Shown here: piece by piece, positions 39,399 through 55,144 of the stretch
Layout: each line of letters begins with the position of its first letter
How positions within the stretch are numbered: position 1 is the first letter of the stretch
Origin: a bacterium
GTDB lineage: Bacteria > UBA8248 > JACPRG01 > G963555815
DNA: 64,000 nucleotides
Assembly: GCA_965261595.1 (NCBI GenBank)
Contig: CBDHDG010000006.1
Span: 1,600,001 to 1,664,000, forward strand
Reading direction: 5' to 3'
Translations under genes and position numbers: made by a program
Notes under the pieces: generated by a model
What the model was told of the DNA's origin: nothing
What the model saw: only the letters and a program-made list of their open reading frames with translations
Databases searched by the model: none

Positions 39399-39484
39399 AA
39401 AAGTTTCGCCGGAATGTAAACGCGAGTTTTCGAGGGGGGATTGGGGGGCCGATTTTCAAAAAGCCCCCCCCGCGGTCTGAAGTT

Positions 39485-40492
39485 TCAAATCCCCCAATCC
39501 CGCGCGTACCGGAAATCCCGGTCGATGGTGCGGCTGGAGACTTTGGCGATGACGGGGAGGCGGCGTTTGTACTGGTTCATCCGGACGAGGCGGTCCACCT
39601 GGTCGATGAACCCGGGGGCGAAGCCCTTCCTCAGAAGCTCCTCGCGCGAGCAGCGCAGGTCGATGAGGTGGTAGAGGAGCGCGTCCACGTCGGCGTATTT
39701 GAAACCCAGGTCGTCCTCGTCCGTCTGGCCGACGACCAGGTCGGCGCTGGCCGCCTTGCCGACGATCTCCTCCGGCACCCGCATGTGCGCCCCGAGCTGC
39801 CAGACTTGCGTCTTGTACAAGTCTCCCAGGGGATTCAGGGCGTGCGCCATGTCGCCGTAGAGCGTGCCGTACCCCAGGAGCAGCTCCGACTTGTTGCTCG
39901 TCCCCAGGACGAGCGCCCCGATGGCGGCTGACTGATCGTAGAGGATCGTCATCCGCTCGCGGGCCATCTTGTTGCCCTTGCGCATGCCGTCGATCTCGGG
40001 AAACCGGGCGAAATAGGCGTCCACCATGTCGGAGATATCCACCGTCATGGACCGGACGCGCGTCTTCTTGAGCACCAGACGGGCGTGCGCGACGCTCTCG
40101 GGACTGCTGAGGCGGTAGGGCATGACCACGGCCGTCACGTTCTCCCGGCCCAGGGCCTTGGCGGCCAAGTAGGCGCACAGGGCGGAATCCACCCCGCCCG
40201 ACAGGCCGATGACCACCCGGGCGAACCCCGTCTTCCGGACAACGTTCTCGATGAACCCCACGAGAAGCCGCTCGACAAGGGAGACGTTGATCTCGAGCTC
40301 GGAGATGGGCGGAACGTGGTTGTGATTCGGGACGGGCGCCGCGCGGCGGGCGTTTTTTCCCGTCCGGCCGGAATCTTCCGCCGATTTGGCCCCCTTGCGC
40401 GCGGTCCCGGCGGGCTTCGCGGATTTTCGCGGCGCGGCCTGCTTCGAGGCGATCCGGGTCGATCCCGCCCGTTTACTCGCCGGCATCTTCAT
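39485..40492 (-). CDS. nadE: NAD+ synthetase (synthetase subunit) with a basic N-terminal extension
   Basis: [50 protein letters not shown] and QYKR. Confidence 0.93.
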   Translation of the reverse strand: MKMPASKRAGSTRIASKQAAPRKSAKPAGTARKGAKSAEDSGRTGKNARRAAPVPNHNHVPPISELEINVSLVERLLVGFIENVVRKTGFARVVIGLSGGVDSALCAYLAAKALGRENVTAVVMPYRLSSPESVAHARLVLKKTRVRSMTVDISDMVDAYFARFPEIDGMRKGNKMARERMTILYDQSAAIGALVLGTSNKSELLLGYGTLYGDMAHALNPLGDLYKTQVWQLGAHMRVPEEIVGKAASADLVVGQTDEDDLGFKYADVDALLYHLIDLRCSREELLRKGFAPGFIDQVDRLVRMNQYKRRLPVIAKVSSRTIDRDFRYARDWGI

Positions 40493-41354
40493 CTTCCGAA
40501 CCGCCGTTCTCGCGCGTGCGACGCAGATGGAGAAGCTCCTGAATCGTGAGGTTCAGGTCCTCATCGCCCAGCAGCGGGGAAGCGACCCGCGCCCTCCGCA
40601 CCTCGGCCATGTCCAGGTCCGCTTCGAGGATCGCTTCGTCGAAGTACGGGGCCTTGGCGACCTGCCGCCCGGTGGGACCCACCACTTCAGAGCCGCCCCA
40701 GAAATTGATCCCGTCCTCGTACCCCACCCGATTCACGAACATGCAAAACTGCATGAAGAGGGTCGCGTAAACACGGACCATACTCTCCCACGTGTCGCTG
40801 ATGTCGAGTTTCTTGCCCTTCCGCACGCCCCTTCCGGGACTGGAGGCCGGGAGCAGGAGGATCTGGGACCCCGCCTGGGAGGCGAGGTAGACCGTCGAGG
40901 GGTGCCAGGCGTCTTCGCAAACCAGCATGGCCACCCGGCCGAACCGCGTGTCGAAAGCCCGGACCTTGCTCCCCCGCGAGAGATACCGCTCCTCGTCGAA
41001 GATGCCGTAGGTCGGCAGGTAAACCTTTCTGTGGACGTGAAGGATCTCGCCCTTTTCCACGTAGAGGACGGAGTTATAGAAAAAGTGCTCCGGCGATTCC
41101 TCCACCAGCCCCACGACGATGGAGACCTTCCGGCTGGCCCGGCGGATTTCCTTCACCAGCTTGGAATCGAGCCGTTGGGCGACGGCCGGAACCATGTCCT
41201 TGAGGAAATAACCCGTCAGCCCCAGCTCGGGGAAGACGAGAAGGTCGATCCCCCGCTCGGCGGCGTTTTTTACGCTCCGGCGGAAAATTTCGACGTTGCG
41301 GTCGAGGTTGCCCAGCGTCGGGTTGATCTGGGCGGCGCCCAGTTTGAATTCCAT
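40473..41354 (-). CDS. Nitrilase-family carbon-nitrogen hydrolase, probable glutaminase subunit of NAD synthetase
   Basis: [22 protein letters not shown] and VCEDAWH (E-K-C triad); overlaps the nadE start. Confidence 0.88.
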   Translation of the reverse strand: MEFKLGAAQINPTLGNLDRNVEIFRRSVKNAAERGIDLLVFPELGLTGYFLKDMVPAVAQRLDSKLVKEIRRASRKVSIVVGLVEESPEHFFYNSVLYVEKGEILHVHRKVYLPTYGIFDEERYLSRGSKVRAFDTRFGRVAMLVCEDAWHPSTVYLASQAGSQILLLPASSPGRGVRKGKKLDISDTWESMVRVYATLFMQFCMFVNRVGYEDGINFWGGSEVVGPTGRQVAKAPYFDEAILEADLDMAEVRRARVASPLLGDEDLNLTIQELLHLRRTRENGGSEDEDAGE

Positions 41355-41357
41355 GAA

Positions 41358-42221
41358 TCAATTCCCGGCCGTGTCACGGCGCGCGGCTCGAAGACCGCTG
41401 GATGCCCGGCTTCGGCGGGTCTCGATCCCGAAGCGCGCGTACAGTCGGCGGACCTCTTCAGTGTACAACCCGGAGGCCGCGCAAACAACGAGGGGACGAA
41501 GCGCCCGGGGAGACGGCGCGGCTTCGGGTCCCAGCGCGGGTCCGGGTCCCAGCGCGGGTCTGGGTCCCGGCGCGGAGGCCTCGGCCAGAAAGATCGCCGC
41601 GGGTCCACCGCGCGAAGGATGGACGCGGCGGAACCGCCGCAGCGCGAAACCCGCATCCTTCAATCCGTCGAAAACCTCGGTCTCCCGTTCCGCCAAGTGG
41701 GAGAAGAACAGCCGGCCTCCCGGCGCGAGCAGGTGACAGGCGGCCTCGATCCAGGAGGCCAAAGGGAGCGTCAGCTTGTGCCTCGCCATGGCCCGGGCGG
41801 GGTCGGGGCTCAGCCGGCCCGTCCCGGCCTTGCGATAGGGAGGGTTGATGACGGCCGCGTGAAACGACCCGGGCCGGGCCCACGCGTCCGCCCGCCGGAC
41901 GTCCGCCCGGATGAACCCGACGCGGCGCGCCAGGCCACTCCTTCGGGCGTTCGCGGCGGCAAAGCGGAGCGGACGGTCCTGGAGCTCGATCCCCGCAACC
42001 CGGAGCGCCGGCCGCCGGGCGGCCATGAGGATGCCGACGGCGCCGGTCCCCGCGCACAGATCCGCGACGAGCGGGGCGGCGGGATTCATGGATCGAAGGG
42101 ATCTCAAGGAGGCGGAGGCGAAGTCCGCAAGGAGAAAGGAATCCAGCGTGCGCCGGCCGCCCCGGGGACCGGGGTCGAGATAAAGAGACAAGGATGAGAG
42201 GGCCTGCGGGCGGAGACTCAC
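41358..42221 (-). CDS. tRNA1(Val) A37 N6-methyltransferase-like protein (YfiC/TrmN6 family); start uncertain
   Basis: LDSFLLADF, VADLCAGTG, GIELQ, NPPY and ARAMARH. Confidence 0.72.
   Translation of the reverse strand: MSLRPQALSSLSLYLDPGPRGGRRTLDSFLLADFASASLRSLRSMNPAAPLVADLCAGTGAVGILMAARRPALRVAGIELQDRPLRFAAANARRSGLARRVGFIRADVRRADAWARPGSFHAAVINPPYRKAGTGRLSPDPARAMARHKLTLPLASWIEAACHLLAPGGRLFFSHLAERETEVFDGLKDAGFALRRFRRVHPSRGGPAAIFLAEASAPGPRPALGPGPALGPEAAPSPRALRPLVVCAASGLYTEEVRRLYARFGIETRRSRASSGLRAARRDTAGN
41525..41575. repeat. 18-bp in-frame tandem repeat (about 2.8 copies) within the methyltransferase gene
   Basis: CGGGTCCCAGCGCGGGTC twice plus a partial copy; encodes GPRPALGPGPALGP. Confidence 0.8.
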
Positions 42222-42291
42222 GGGAGGGGGGGCTCGATGGCGGGGGGCGCAACCACGTTGTGGGGAGGTGTCCCGATTCGGCGCGATTGCT

Positions 42292-42726
42292 TTAGTGGCT
42301 CGGGGCGTCTTTCCCGCCCCCGACATGGAGCCGGAGCGTGGCCCGCTTGAACGCCGCCATGGCGCGGTCCGTGTCGACATCTTCACCCCGTTTCGACAAC
42401 TGCTCAAGGGCTCTTTCGCGGGCGGACTCGGCGCGGGGGACGTCGATCCCCTCCACTTTCTCCGCCGTCTCGGCCAGGATGGTGACCGCCTCCGGCCCGA
42501 TCTCGGCGTATCCCCAGGCGATGGCCAAATCGGTCGTCCGGCCGCCGGCCTGGTAGGACACCCGCCCGATGGTCAGCGTCGTGAGCATGGCGGTGTGGCC
42601 CGGAAGGACGCCGAACTCGCCCAGCGCGCCGGGCGCGTTCACGCTGTCCACGTCCTCGCTGACAACGACGCGCTCGGGGGTGACAATCTCCAGGTGGATC
42701 TTTTCGGGCAATTCCGCCACGTTCAT
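42292..42726 (-). CDS. atpC: F-type ATP synthase subunit epsilon
   Basis: LEIVTPER, GEFGVLPGH and VTILAETAE. Confidence 0.95.
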   Translation of the reverse strand: MNVAELPEKIHLEIVTPERVVVSEDVDSVNAPGALGEFGVLPGHTAMLTTLTIGRVSYQAGGRTTDLAIAWGYAEIGPEAVTILAETAEKVEGIDVPRAESARERALEQLSKRGEDVDTDRAMAAFKRATLRLHVGGGKDAPSH

Positions 42727-42792
42727 CTCCGTTCAGCCCCTCCCCCCACCGGAGGAGGAGGACCTTTTCGGGCGATTCGCCGGTTCGGGCGA

Positions 42793-45170
<2,378 letters not shown>

Positions 45171-45185
45171 GGGTTCCGCTTCCCG

Positions 45186-47312
<2,127 letters not shown>

Positions 47313-47316
<4 letters not shown>

Positions 47317-47906
47317 TTCATCTCTCCCACCTTCGCGATGTAATCTTTGGTGAAGCGCCGCTGATCCTCAGGACCGAGCTCCCGCTCGAGCGCCTTTTCC
47401 GCCAAATCGAGGGCGAGCTCCGCCGCTCGGGCGCGAATCAATTGCTCCGCTTTCTTGGTCTCCTGCTCGATGGTGAACCGGGCGTGCTCCAGGATGCGCT
47501 CGGCCGATTCGGCGCTCTCTTTCAGAAGCCGGGCCTTGAGGGCCTCCCGGTCGGCCTCGGCCTGGACCCGCATCTTCGCCAGCTCCTCGTCGAGATCGGC
47601 GGTCCGTTTCTCATATTCCTCGCGGAGGCGTGCGGCCTCCGCGCGCGCCTCCTTGGCCTCCTCCATCGCCTTGATGATCCCCTCCCGGCGGGCGTCCATC
47701 GCCTTCCGAACCGGCTTCCGGAGGATAAAGTACAGACCGAACAAGACGATCAGGAAGTTCAGGACGCGAGAGAACTCGAACCAGGAATCCCAGACGTTTT
47801 CGAACCCTTCCACCGAAGCGAAGCCCAGGGCGGGCGAAAAAATCAATGCCAGCGCGGCCGTCAGAGCCGCCCGGAAAACGGGACGGTGGGATGGGCGATC
47901 AGACAT
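47313..47906 (-). CDS. atpF: F-type ATP synthase subunit b
   Basis: RVLNFLIVLFGLYFIL transmembrane segment plus coiled coil; operon position. Confidence 0.88.
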
Positions 47907-48330
47907 GAATCTCCCTCCCGGCGAGGCGGCGCCCGATGACGCCGGCCAGATCCCGCACCCGGCCCTCAAGCGACTTTTCGGCTTCCCGGCTCTGGGCTTC
48001 GATGCTCGCCCGGGCCTCTTCGGTCATACGCTCTGCCTCGACCCGTTTTTCATCCATGACCCGGCGAGCCTCGGCGGCGACCTCCCTTTCCATCTCCAGG
48101 ACCTGCTCCATGCCCTGACGCCGGGCGGCGGCGATGGCCTCTTCATAATCGGCCATGCGTTTCTCGGCTTCGGCGCGGTCGGCCGCGGCATCGTCCAGGT
48201 TCCCCCGGATCGTCCGATTCCGCTCGTCCATCCGGTCGAGGATCGGACGAAACAGAAAACGGTTCAGCAGATACAACAGAACAAGGAAGTTCAGCCACTG
48301 AATCAGGAATGAGCCATCCGGGATAATCAC
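47899..48330 (-). CDS. F-type ATP synthase subunit b'
   Basis: GTG start; IQWLNFLVLLYLLNRFLFRPIL..MDER plus coiled coil. Confidence 0.88.
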   Translation of the reverse strand: MIIPDGSFLIQWLNFLVLLYLLNRFLFRPILDRMDERNRTIRGNLDDAAADRAEAEKRMADYEEAIAAARRQGMEQVLEMEREVAAEARRVMDEKRVEAERMTEEARASIEAQSREAEKSLEGRVRDLAGVIGRRLAGREIHV

Positions 48331-48397
48331 TTGCGCACCCTCTCCCCGGGACGACCGGGAAAAATCCGCCAGGGCCGCGTTATCGCGGCACCGGTTT

Positions 48398-49036
48398 CTA
48401 AACGCCCGCGCGTCCGGCATCGGCCTTGAGGAGTTCCTTGATCCTCATCAGGGCGGAGACCGTCGAGCGCGCCATTTCGTCCAGCTTCAGCGTAATGAAC
48501 CGAATCGTGTCCTCCAGGTTCGGAATGAGCACGTGCTCGAGGGCGTTGACACGCCGTCTGGTCTTCTCAATCTCGTCGGCCAGCCGCTCGACCGTCTTTT
48601 CCAGCTCGGCCAGCCGGATCAGATCCGGCAACAGGTCATCGAACCGCTTAACGGCCGCGTCCAGCTCGGCCGCCGTCCCCTCGAACCCGTACGGGAAGAG
48701 ATCCCCCCGCCGCTCGGCCCGCAGCTTCACCGTCCGGACGCTCATGAGGTTCACTTCCTCGATCCGGACTTCCAACACCGACGCCGGGACGGACAGGGCG
48801 GCGTCCTGGGCCTCGGGCGGCATGCTTCCGAACGCCCGCCGGGCCTGCGCGTAGGCGGGCGCCAAACGAGCCTCAACGCCCCGCCTCAATTCCTGCACTT
48901 GGCGGACGACGGAGATGAACTCCCGGATGAGGGCGTCCAGCTTGTCCTTGAGGAGTTTATGCCCCCGTCTCGCCATGGCGAGGCGGCGGCGCAACCCCAG
49001 GAGCTCCATCCGGTTTGGACTAACGTTCAGGATCAT
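48398..49036 (-). CDS. ntpD: V/A-type ATPase subunit D
   Basis: PNRMEL, RGHKLLKDK and EIEKTRRRVNALE. Confidence 0.95.
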   Translation of the reverse strand: MILNVSPNRMELLGLRRRLAMARRGHKLLKDKLDALIREFISVVRQVQELRRGVEARLAPAYAQARRAFGSMPPEAQDAALSVPASVLEVRIEEVNLMSVRTVKLRAERRGDLFPYGFEGTAAELDAAVKRFDDLLPDLIRLAELEKTVERLADEIEKTRRRVNALEHVLIPNLEDTIRFITLKLDEMARSTVSALMRIKELLKADAGRAGV

Positions 49037-49135
49037 CGGCTGCCCGGACCTCCGGGCGCGGCCACTCTTTTCCGCTTGTCCGCGAATGCCGGCCGCGGTC
49101 CGCCGGGAAATCCCTTCCCCAGGCGAAGCGGGAAC

Positions 49136-49197
49136 AATCTAACGAATGGCCGCGAACCCGTCAACCCCCTCCACTGAATTTGTGAAACATTTCACGT
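49136..49197 (-). promoter_or_regulatory. Internal sigma70 promoter plus Rex/CRP-like box upstream of ntpD
   Basis: TTGACG-N17-TAGATT (49164 to 49136, minus strand) and TTGTGAAACATTTCACGT (49180-49197) in the 246-bp ntpB-ntpD gap. Confidence 0.55.
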
Positions 49198-49282
49198 GGG
49201 CGACGCCGGAAAAATCCCCGGCCGCGGCGTCTCAGGGCCGCCTTCGCCGTCACCCGGAATCACGCGCCGCCCCGGGCGGCGA

Positions 49283-50680
49283 TCAATCACCCTCCGTAGG
49301 CGCGTCCTTGCTTTGCTTCAGGTATTGGTCCAGGAAACCCTCCCGGATCCGCTTGAGCTCGTTCCGCGGCAGGAGCGACAGCAGCTCCCAGCCCATGTCG
49401 AGGGTGTCCTCGATGGGGCGGTCTTCATCCTCTCCCTGCCGGACGTAGCGGTCTTCAAAGGCGGTCGAAAACTGGATGAACCGCTTGTCGGCCTCGCTCA
49501 GCGCCGACTCGCCCAGGATGACGGCCAGCTCTTCGGCGTCTTTCCCGCGGGCATAGGCGGCGTAGAGCTGGTTCATGGTGTCGGCATGGTCCTCGCGGGT
49601 CTTGCCGGGCCCGATCCCCTTGTCCTTCAGCCGGGACAGGGACGGCAGCACGTTGACGGGCGGATAGACGCCCTGCCGGTGAAGCTCCCGGCTGAGGATG
49701 ATCTGCCCTTCCGTGATGTACCCGGTCAGGTCGGGGATGGGATGGGTTTTATCGTCCTCGGGCATGGAGAGGATGGGGATCTGCGTAATCGATCCGGTCT
49801 TTCCCTCGATGCGCCCGGCGCGCTCGTAGAGGGAGGCTAGGTCGGTGTATAGGTAACCGGGGTAACCCCGGCGGCCGGGGATCTCTTTTCGGGAGGCGGA
49901 CACCTCGCGCAGGGCCTCGCAGTAGTTGGTCATGTCGGTCATGATGACGAGGACGTGCATCCCGAGATCGAAGGCCAGGTACTCGGCCGCCGTGAGCGCC
50001 AGCCGCGGGGTGATGATTCGCTCCACCGCCGGGTCGTCCGCCAGATTGATGAACAACACCGACCGGGCGATCGCCCCGGTCCGGTTGAAGTCGGAAATGA
50101 AGTAGTCCGCTTCCCCGAAGGTGATCCCCATGGCGCAGAAGACGATGGCGAAGCTCTCCCCCTCCCCGAGGACCTTCGCCTGCCGGGCGATCTGCGCGGC
50201 CAGCCGGGCGTGGGGAAGACCCGCGCCCGAGAAGATCGGGAGCTTCTGGCCGCGGACGAGGGTGTTGAGACCGTCGATGGTCGAGATCCCCGTCTGGATG
50301 AATTCGGCGGGATAATCCCGGGCGTAGGGGTTGATGGGGTTTCCGTTGATGTCGCGCCGCACCTCGGCCAGGACCGGGGGGCCGTCGTCGATGGGCGTGC
50401 CGGCCCCCTGAAACACCCGCCCGAGGATGTCGGGGGACAGGGGCATCTGGATGGTGTTGCCCAGGAACCGGACGCGGGACTCGTTGAGACCGATCCCCGT
50501 CGTCCCCTCGAAGACCTGCACCAGCGCCTGTCCGCGGGCGGACATGAGGACCTGCCCCCGGCGGGTCTCCCCCCCCGGCATGGCGATCTCGACAAGCTCC
50601 TGATACTGAGCGTCCTGGACCTCCTCGACCATCATGAGGGGCCCGGTCAACTCCGAAATGTTCAGATACTCTTTCAGCAT
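49283..50680 (-). CDS. ntpB: V/A-type ATPase subunit B
   Basis: [24 protein letters not shown] and [15 protein letters not shown]. Confidence 0.97.
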   Translation of the reverse strand: MLKEYLNISELTGPLMMVEEVQDAQYQELVEIAMPGGETRRGQVLMSARGQALVQVFEGTTGIGLNESRVRFLGNTIQMPLSPDILGRVFQGAGTPIDDGPPVLAEVRRDINGNPINPYARDYPAEFIQTGISTIDGLNTLVRGQKLPIFSGAGLPHARLAAQIARQAKVLGEGESFAIVFCAMGITFGEADYFISDFNRTGAIARSVLFINLADDPAVERIITPRLALTAAEYLAFDLGMHVLVIMTDMTNYCEALREVSASRKEIPGRRGYPGYLYTDLASLYERAGRIEGKTGSITQIPILSMPEDDKTHPIPDLTGYITEGQIILSRELHRQGVYPPVNVLPSLSRLKDKGIGPGKTREDHADTMNQLYAAYARGKDAEELAVILGESALSEADKRFIQFSTAFEDRYVRQGEDEDRPIEDTLDMGWELLSLLPRNELKRIREGFLDQYLKQSKDAPTEGD

Positions 50681-50712
50681 CGAATCCTTTCCTCGCGCCG
50701 GAAGGGCGTCTC

Positions 50713-52497
50713 TCAGCCCCCGGCCGCGGGCTGCTCGGTTCCGCGGAGAATCTCCTCCGCAATCTCTTTATACGTCTCCTCGGACTCCTCTTCGGGCACA
50801 TATTTGGCCCGGGCGATCCGCGACCGGACGGGATCGTCCAGCAACCCTTCCATCGGCTCTCCCGCCTCCAGCCGTTTCAGGCTCGAATCGTGCTCCAGCA
50901 GGATCAGCCGCAGCATCGACGCCTGCTTCCCCAATAAGGAGTACGTGTCCACGTCATCAAAAGCATTCTGATGGAGAAAGTCCTCCCGGAGGGACCGGGC
51001 GGTCTCCAGGAGCAGCCGCTCTTCCCGCGACAAGGCGTCAATCCCGATGAGCCGGACAATTTCCTGAAGCTCGGCTTCCTTCTGAAGGATCTCCATGGCC
51101 TGCCCCCGATCCGCCAGAAACCCCTCGCCGATCTCCTTGGAAAAATAATCGCCCAACTGCTCCAGATAAAGGGAATAGCTCCTGAGCCAACTGATGGCGG
51201 GGAAATGCCTCTGGTACGCCAGATTGGCTTCGAGGCTCCAAAAGACCGACACCGTCCGCAGGGTGTTCTGAACCACCGGCTCGGACAGGTCGCCCCCGGG
51301 AGGAGACACGGCGCCAATCACGGTGATGGTCCCCTCGCGCGCTTCGGTCCCCAGGCATTGAACGCGGCCGCCCCGCTCGTAAAACGACGCCACCCGCGTT
51401 CCCAGGTAAGCGGGATAGCCCTCTTCGCCCGGCATCTCTTCCAGGCGGCCGGAGATCTCGCGCATCGCCTCCGCCCACCGGGAGGTCGAGTCGGCCATCA
51501 GCGCAACGTCGTAACCCATGTCGCGGTAATACTCGGCGATGGTGATCCCCGTATAGACGGACGCCTCTCTGGCCGCCACGGGCATGTTGGACGTGTTGGC
51601 GATGAGGACGGTCCGCTGCATCAGGGGTAAACCCGTGTGGGGATCGGTGAGGTGGGGGAACTCCTTGAGCACATCGGTCATTTCATTCCCGCGCTCGCCG
51701 CAACCCACATAAACGATGATCTCGGCGTCCGACCACTTGGAGAGCTGATGCTGGACCACTGTCTTGCCGCTTCCGAACGGCCCGGGGATGCAGGCCGTGC
51801 CGCCCTTGGCGATGGGGAAGAACGTGTCGATCACCCGCTGGCCCGAGATCAACGGGGTCGCCGGGGGGAGCTTCCGGGCGTACGGCCGTCCGGAGCGAAC
51901 AGGCCATCGCCGCATCATGCCGATCTCGCGGCGCTCGCCGTCCCCGCCCTCGATGACCGCCACGGTCTCCTCGATCCGCAGGGCACCCGACCGAATCTCT
52001 CCGACCCGGCCCGAGATGTCCGGGGGGACGAGAATCCGGTGCTCGACCGCCTCGGTCTCCTGGATCACGCCCAGAACATCGCCGGGGCCGACCGGCGCGC
52101 CCGCCTCCGTCCTCGGGATGAACTCCCACGTCTTCTCACGGTCGAGGGCCGGCTCTTCCACGCCCCGGACAATGAAATCGCCCACTTGCGCGCGGATCAG
52201 ATCCAGCGGCCGCTGAATCCCGTCGTAGATCGCGCCCATCAGGCCCGGACCCAGCTCGACACTGAGCGGCAAACCGGTTGTGACGACCGGCTCGCCCGGC
52301 GCGACGCCGCCGGTTTCTTCATACACCTGGATCACCGCCCGCCCTCTTTCCAGGCCGATGACCTCCCCCACCAGACGGCCTTCTCCCACCCGCACCACGT
52401 CATACATGTGGGCGCCCGGCAGGCCCTCGGCCGTCACCACCGGACCGTTGACCTTGACGATGACGCCGGCCGCCTGTGCTCCTTCACGCATCTCCAT
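50713..52497 (-). CDS. ntpA: V/A-type ATPase subunit A
   Basis: [26 protein letters not shown] and [10 protein letters not shown]. Confidence 0.97.
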   Translation of the reverse strand: MEMREGAQAAGVIVKVNGPVVTAEGLPGAHMYDVVRVGEGRLVGEVIGLERGRAVIQVYEETGGVAPGEPVVTTGLPLSVELGPGLMGAIYDGIQRPLDLIRAQVGDFIVRGVEEPALDREKTWEFIPRTEAGAPVGPGDVLGVIQETEAVEHRILVPPDISGRVGEIRSGALRIEETVAVIEGGDGERREIGMMRRWPVRSGRPYARKLPPATPLISGQRVIDTFFPIAKGGTACIPGPFGSGKTVVQHQLSKWSDAEIIVYVGCGERGNEMTDVLKEFPHLTDPHTGLPLMQRTVLIANTSNMPVAAREASVYTGITIAEYYRDMGYDVALMADSTSRWAEAMREISGRLEEMPGEEGYPAYLGTRVASFYERGGRVQCLGTEAREGTITVIGAVSPPGGDLSEPVVQNTLRTVSVFWSLEANLAYQRHFPAISWLRSYSLYLEQLGDYFSKEIGEGFLADRGQAMEILQKEAELQEIVRLIGIDALSREERLLLETARSLREDFLHQNAFDDVDTYSLLGKQASMLRLILLEHDSSLKRLEAGEPMEGLLDDPVRSRIARAKYVPEEESEETYKEIAEEILRGTEQPAAGG

Positions 52498-52537
52498 CTG
52501 GATGACTGTCTCCTCGATCTTCGCCGGACCCGGCCGA

Positions 52538-52882
52538 TCAGGCCGTGTCTTTGGCGCCCGCGGCGTCCGCCCGCAAGATCAGGCTGGACCCCAAGGCTTT
52601 CTCGACATTTCGCTTGAGGCGCTCGAAGGCCATCCCGCCGGCCGAGGTCGCCCCCGGAAGGACGGCGACGGCCGGAAGGGCCTCCGCGCGGAGGACTGTA
52701 AGGCGGTCCGCCGCCCAGCGGGCGCATTCCTCCGTGATCAACAGGACGGAACAGCCGTCTTCCACGGCGCGGCCCACCTGCTCCACCGCCGACCCGGCAT
52801 CCTCCGCCTCCAGAACTTCCACGCCCAGGGGCCTGAAGGCCAGCGTCGAGACGCGGTCGCCCACGAACACCACCTTAGACAT
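52538..52882 (-). CDS. V/A-type ATPase subunit F
   Basis: MSKVVFVGD...LAFRPLGVE...VEKALG; lies between the C and A genes. Confidence 0.85.
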   Translation of the reverse strand: MSKVVFVGDRVSTLAFRPLGVEVLEAEDAGSAVEQVGRAVEDGCSVLLITEECARWAADRLTVLRAEALPAVAVLPGATSAGGMAFERLKRNVEKALGSSLILRADAAGAKDTA

Positions 52883-53903
52883 AGGGTCTCCGGAGGTCCG
52901 CCAGGATGTCTTCGGTCTCCTCGCCTTGCGCCAGACCGCCCAGAAGGCGCCGCACGTTCTTGACTTCCATCTCGATGCCGTGAAGGTAGCCCACAAGCGG
53001 CTCCGGCCCGAAGGAGATGTACTTCCCCGCGTGAACGAGCTCGGTCAGGTGATCGTCCGCCAAGCGCTCCAAGCGGCGGCCGGCCTCCGCCTCATCCTCC
53101 GTTTGCTGAAGCTCCTCCGTCAACTCCCCGAGAACCGTCGCCGCGAAGGGAGCGGCCCACGACGCGATCGATCCCGCGCCGGTCCCGCCGATCGCTTCCA
53201 GGAAAAGGGACTCGGACAGACCGCCTCCGGGCGCGAGCCATCCTCGGGCTTCCTGCCGATCCGCGCCCCGAAGTCGTGCGCGCAGGGCGACGCCGAGGTT
53301 CGACAAATCCGCCCGGCGCGCAAAAAACCGTTCGGCGAAGGGGACCGGGCTCTCGGCAAGCCGCCGAAAAACGATCCGGTGCATCTCCGTGTCCAGCACC
53401 CGATCCACGGTCTGGGGAAGAAGCTCCCGCGCGAGGCCCTCGGACAGCCGCGTCAGGACCTCGCGGTAATCCAGAAGCGCGCCCCCTTCGAGGAGAAAGC
53501 CCCCCCCCCCCTCCTCCACAATCCGATCCAGCCGCTCGGGTTCAGCGCCCTCGCCGAAAGAGATCCGCCGCGCCCTGTCCTTCAGCCGCAGAAAATCCCA
53601 CCGAATGGCGAAGACCCCGGCCACGGGCGAGACCGACGTCATGAAAGCGACCTCCCGGATGGATTCAGCCAGCCGCTCCGCCAGGAGGTCTTCGTCGTTC
53701 ATCCCCGCCGCGTCGATACGGTCTCCCCACCACGGGCTCGCGTCGCGGAGGACCCCCCGGGCCCGTTCCACCGACCCGCCCTCGACCGCCCGCTCAAGAT
53801 CGCGCCGCCGGAGCAGGGCGCCTTCGAGCGCCCGGACCCGCCCGGCCGCGTAGAGAAACTCGTCCGCCTCGTTGAACGTGGCCGCGTACAGACCCTGGAT
53901 CAA
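52875..53903 (-). CDS. ntpC: V/A-type ATPase subunit C
   Basis: YAAGRVRALE..LL, DLSNL and FGPEPLVGYL...EVKNVR. Confidence 0.88.
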   Translation of the reverse strand: MIQGLYAATFNEADEFLYAAGRVRALEGALLRRRDLERAVEGGSVERARGVLRDASPWWGDRIDAAGMNDEDLLAERLAESIREVAFMTSVSPVAGVFAIRWDFLRLKDRARRISFGEGAEPERLDRIVEEGGGGFLLEGGALLDYREVLTRLSEGLARELLPQTVDRVLDTEMHRIVFRRLAESPVPFAERFFARRADLSNLGVALRARLRGADRQEARGWLAPGGGLSESLFLEAIGGTGAGSIASWAAPFAATVLGELTEELQQTEDEAEAGRRLERLADDHLTELVHAGKYISFGPEPLVGYLHGIEMEVKNVRRLLGGLAQGEETEDILADLRRPYV

Positions 53904-54520
53904 CCCGAGACCTCCCGGGCGTCATCCGCGTCAAACAGCAGCTTCGCGGCCGACTCTTCGAGACCCTCCCGGACCTGCCGCGCCATGACCTCCAGGGAGA
54001 GGTTCACTTCCACGCCGCCGCGTTGGAGCACCGCTCCGGCCACGATGTCCGGGTCGGCGTCCGACAAGCGGATAGCGCCCTTTCTCCCCGCCGTCTCCAG
54101 CGCGCGGTTCAGCTTCTCCACGAAAGGCCCTCCCCACGCCTCCCGGTCCGCGGGGGGAAGGAGGAGGCTTTCTTCTCCCGTCTCGACAACGCCCAAGAGG
54201 GCGCGACGCAGGGCGGCGCGAAAATCCTTTTCCGAGGCGGCGAAGGCATCCATCGCGGCTTGGAACACATCGTCCAGGGCCTTTTGCTTTTCGGCGAGGA
54301 CGGCCTTTCGCGCGGCGAGGCGGGCATCCGTCACGAGCCGGTTTTTTCGCGCGTCCGCATCGAGGCGCGCCTTGCGAAGCAGGCGGCGCTCCGTTTCCTC
54401 CGCGTCACTCGCCCCCCCGGAGCGGACGGCCTCGGCCTCGCGCCCGGCCTCCGCGAGGCGGGCTTCGGCCTTCGCCTTCGCTCCATCCAGAACCCGTGAT
54501 TTGATCTCGTCCAGACCCAC
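53900..54520 (-). CDS. ntpE: V/A-type ATPase subunit E
   Basis: MGLDEIKSRVL coiled coil and GAVL..GGVEVNLS. Confidence 0.87.
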   Translation of the reverse strand: MGLDEIKSRVLDGAKAKAEARLAEAGREAEAVRSGGASDAEETERRLLRKARLDADARKNRLVTDARLAARKAVLAEKQKALDDVFQAAMDAFAASEKDFRAALRRALLGVVETGEESLLLPPADREAWGGPFVEKLNRALETAGRKGAIRLSDADPDIVAGAVLQRGGVEVNLSLEVMARQVREGLEESAAKLLFDADDAREVSG

Positions 54521-54574
54521 AGCGACACCTCAAACGCGCCGGCGAACCCGCTGTCCTCCGCGCCCGCCCTATCG

Positions 54575-55126
<552 letters not shown>

Positions 55127-55144
55127 TCAAAGTCATGGCGTGAA

